Positions 61,035 to 64,000 of a stretch of 64,000 bases of DNA are shown piece by piece (within the stretch, counting starts at the first letter, position 1; each line of letters opens with the position of its first letter). A program made the translations under genes and the position numbers. The notes under the pieces are model-generated. The model saw only the letters and a program-made list of their open reading frames with translations, was not told the origin of the DNA and made no database searches. Location: contig JAIVFI010000020.1 of assembly GCA_025558095.1 (NCBI GenBank), positions 310,001 through 374,000 of the forward strand, in the 5' to 3' direction. The stretch is from Hyaloraphidium curvatum SAG 235-1. Taxonomy: Eukaryota > Fungi > Monoblepharomycota.

Positions 61035-62009
61035 ATGGTTGGCGAGGGAGGACAGGCCGCGATGGCCGGAAAGCCGCCTACCGCAAGGACTACGGAACTT
61101 GCCGAGACTCTCTTTACACCTGGACCCCTCTCGGCGAACGGTCTGGAGCCGCCCGACGCGGACCATGACGGCAATGCCTCGGATGGCGACGGAGATGCCG
61201 TCTTCAGGCAAGACCCGAACGGAACCGGAGCGATTACCCGTCACGTCGTCCACCCCGAGGACCACGGGGAGGACGAGAAGTGGAGCGTCAAGAACGTGGA
61301 GAAATGGCGCGCGACACCTGTTATTTCGGAGCCGGTCGGCGGCTCGCTGTTTCGCGCCATGAAGATCCTTCGCGAGACGGATCCGGAGCATTCCCCACGT
61401 GTCTTCGCCGCCAAGTACCCGGAAATCGGCATGGTCATCGATATTTCTGGCGACACGCCATCGTACATGCGTTCCTCATTGGAGGCTGCCGGAATCGAGT
61501 ACCGAAAAGTGGCCACAGTCTCCAAGATCCCGCCGCCGCCCGCCAAGGTGGCCGAGTTCATCGCCGTGGCGTCCGAATACTGGGAACGGCACCCGGGAAA
61601 GCACGTAGCTCTTCATTGCCACTACGGATGGAACAGGAGCGGCTACATGATCGTCTCCTATCTCACCGAGGTGCTCGGTATGCCGGTCGACGAAGCCATC
61701 GCGGCGTTTGCCGCGGCGCGCCCGCCCAAAGGCATCAAGCACTCGTCGTTCAAGCAGGAGCTTCGCGCGCGCTACGGCGGCTCTTCTGTGGACAGTCCTG
61801 CGACCGCTTTCAGCTTTACAGACGGCGGGAGCGAGTACAGCCCGATGCCGATGCCCCCGCGACTGAATTTGGGACTTGATGGATCTAGTGCCGAAAGCGG
61901 CGGCGACGATACTGCGGTCGCATCGGCGGATGAGCTGGATATCAAGCTGTCTCTGCTCGTCATCGACGCCGAAGTCCCTGCTTCGGACGCTTCTGCACGG
62001 CCCTCCTGA
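61035..62009 (+). CDS. Cys-based dual-specificity / RNA-triphosphatase-like phosphatase
   Basis: HCHYGWNRSG (HCx5R); KWSVKNVEKW, VIDIS, TVSKIPP, GIKH; start uncertain. Confidence 0.85.
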   Translation: MVGEGGQAAMAGKPPTARTTELAETLFTPGPLSANGLEPPDADHDGNASDGDGDAVFRQDPNGTGAITRHVVHPEDHGEDEKWSVKNVEKWRATPVISEPVGGSLFRAMKILRETDPEHSPRVFAAKYPEIGMVIDISGDTPSYMRSSLEAAGIEYRKVATVSKIPPPPAKVAEFIAVASEYWERHPGKHVALHCHYGWNRSGYMIVSYLTEVLGMPVDEAIAAFAAARPPKGIKHSSFKQELRARYGGSSVDSPATAFSFTDGGSEYSPMPMPPRLNLGLDGSSAESGGDDTAVASADELDIKLSLLVIDAEVPASDASARPS

Positions 62010-62157
62010 TAGATCCTTGGTGAACGATCGCGAGACTGCAAAAGGCGCCTGCTAGATCCATTTTGGACTGGACGATCATGAGACGTCGAATGAAGCAATG
62101 TAGCTGTTGTAAATTTAGAGCCAAAAGAGGACACGAAAAGTAGCGTCAAAATCACTT

Positions 62158-63756
62158 CTACCGCTTGCTACAGTGTGGAAGCTGGCAATGAGCCTCCCTA
62201 GCAATGGCCAACGTCCGTGGGTGATCCCGCCCGAACACAATCGTGCTTATGTCGATCGCGCGTTCCCAAGCCTCCACCGCCTCCTCCATCAGAGCCGCAG
62301 CATCATGCCCTTCCCTTGCCGACACCAGCTCTGCCTCCATCTCGCCGAATTGCGCGAGCTGCACAAGCAGGCCGATCATGTCCGGCCACGCAGCGGGGAG
62401 CACGTTGGAGGACTTCAGTCGCTCCACTGCCGACCGGAGGTAGCGCAGCGCATCGGCAAAGTTCAAGTCCGTGTGTGAGTGGGCAACGGCGAGCTTGTGC
62501 AGGGTTGAGTAAATCAGGTGGTGTGCATGACTAGCACGAGCCGCGTGGCGTTCTAGAAGCTGGGTCAGAGCGGTGCGGGCAAACTGGTGGCGTCCGCCCT
62601 CAAACAGCTCCACCGCTCTGTCGTAATCGTCCGAAAGGCGCTTTGCGAAAGCTCGGTAATCCGAAATCGTGACCGTCGACGGGCACGATGGGCACGACAG
62701 GATCGAGTCGGGCGAAGCCCGATCAAAGTCCAGCCCGACGTCCTCCGACGGTTCGTAAATGGCCCCGCATCCGCAGCGCATCCCTTCGATATCGAGATCC
62801 CGCCTCCACCACTCGCTTCCGCGCGGCGCGGAGCACCTTTCGCATTCGCACAGGAAGGACTTTGAGGCAAGCAGGTCCGCCTGCCGAGCCTCGCGCGGCT
62901 GCACGAGGTTGATGTAGCTCACGCACAGCTCCTCGCCATGTTGGACGTCGCGCACCGTCCGGAAGAGCACCTCGCCGCCTGCCTCGCGTTGCGGCCCAGC
63001 GACGTACACGGTGTTGGGAGCGCACGAGTGGTTGAAAATGCAGCCCAGGGGAAACAGATTGACAATGAGAGCATTGAGCGCACCCTCCGGATCGCCCAAA
63101 GCATGAGCATTGGCGTTGATCCGGCAGGCCAGGCCGACGAGGTCCGAGGTCTCAAGGCCCTCCGTCAAGTGAGCAGGGAGGCGTTCCAGGAGAAGCTCAG
63201 AGCCCTTCGTGACCGCATTGAGCCACTCCTCGGAAGCCATGCGCTCATGCGCCACGACGTCGTCTACCAATCGAAACGGCGTCGGTACGAGACCGGTCCG
63301 AGCCTCGCTGGTCTCCTCCAAGTGTCGCGCAAACACCAGCCGGGCAACCAATCGGACCAGGTCGAGCGCCATATCGCTGTCCAGGGCAACGTCCACGAGC
63401 ACCCGACCGGCGACGAGGGGACATTCCTGGGCATGAAACCTGTCTTGCCGAGCGCATTCCTCCGAGCAGTGCCGAGCCTTGCACGCCCCGCAGACCAGCG
63501 ATTCGGCCACCGTCTCCCGCAGATCAGAGAGACACACTTGGCAGTAATCCCGAGAGAACTCGTCGCGGACAACGTAGGCCGTGGCCGCCTCCCGCAGGAC
63601 TGTGGTGCCGGCAGGCAGGTCTGCCGCGGCGAAGACCCCGCGGCCGGCCGACTTGGAGATACGGAGCTCCACGGGGAACGGTGCAAAAAGGCGCTGCCGT
63701 TCCAGAAAGCGCTCTTTGCGGCGCCTCGCCCGCGCGGCTTTGTCTAGGGAGGTCAT
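62158..63756 (-). CDS. SET and MYND domain (SMYD) methyltransferase
   Basis: GRGVFA, CQVC...CGAC...CSEEC...H..EC, IFNHSCAPN, EELCVSY, FLCECERC, C-terminal TPR-like helices. Confidence 0.88.
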   Translation of the reverse strand: MTSLDKAARARRRKERFLERQRLFAPFPVELRISKSAGRGVFAAADLPAGTTVLREAATAYVVRDEFSRDYCQVCLSDLRETVAESLVCGACKARHCSEECARQDRFHAQECPLVAGRVLVDVALDSDMALDLVRLVARLVFARHLEETSEARTGLVPTPFRLVDDVVAHERMASEEWLNAVTKGSELLLERLPAHLTEGLETSDLVGLACRINANAHALGDPEGALNALIVNLFPLGCIFNHSCAPNTVYVAGPQREAGGEVLFRTVRDVQHGEELCVSYINLVQPREARQADLLASKSFLCECERCSAPRGSEWWRRDLDIEGMRCGCGAIYEPSEDVGLDFDRASPDSILSCPSCPSTVTISDYRAFAKRLSDDYDRAVELFEGGRHQFARTALTQLLERHAARASHAHHLIYSTLHKLAVAHSHTDLNFADALRYLRSAVERLKSSNVLPAAWPDMIGLLVQLAQFGEMEAELVSAREGHDAAALMEEAVEAWERAIDISTIVFGRDHPRTLAIAREAHCQLPHCSKR

Positions 63757-64000
63757 GTTTGCTTCTTCGCGCAAGCGTCGATCGCGCCACGCGCAGACCG
63801 TTGGGACGCTTCGGGGATTCGACGAATGAATGGGGTTCCTGCCACGACGCCTCATACTCTACGGGACTTTTGCATGGCTGTCGGTGCTCCTTGCCACCGG
63901 CTCGCTGCGCCTCCCCGGTGGTCGGACCGAATCCTGGGACGCACTCGGCAGCGCCCCTTTGCGACCGCCGCCGGCCCGCCTCGGCGAGCTGTCGGTCGCC

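Overview
GC-rich, very gene-dense eukaryotic (fungal-type) genomic DNA with many short spliceosomal introns (donors mostly GTGCG/GTGGG, CTGAC-like branch points, YAG acceptors). Gene content and compactness suggest an early-diverging fungus (chytrid/monoblepharid-like), which is an inference. About 40 protein-coding loci are visible. Most are housekeeping genes: pirin, Yos1, MTHFR, two synaptobrevins, COG3, GST-kappa, DAG kinase, Dbf2/Sid2 kinase, sorting nexin, SET proteins, GPI12, Cns1, Sae2/CtIP, Vam7, ILV6, a Pcl cyclin, PNS1 and Hel2. The best candidate for an undescribed system is a bacterial/giant-virus-type rare amino-sugar pathway: an intronless PglD/NeuD acetyltransferase fused to a DegT/StrS PLP aminotransferase (32110-33996), plus a stand-alone acetyltransferase paralog about 19 kb downstream (52882-53691). 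Also notable are an intron-containing but N-truncated prokaryote-type adenosine-specific-kinase gene, a frame-disrupted tandem pair of mitochondrial PPR-like genes, a spliced microprotein missing from the ORF track, a Cys-rich/TM/SH3 receptor-like protein, and very short divergent promoters. I recognised no rRNA, tRNA, CRISPR array or transposase. All family calls come from motif recognition by eye, not database searches. Exon boundaries were inferred manually.
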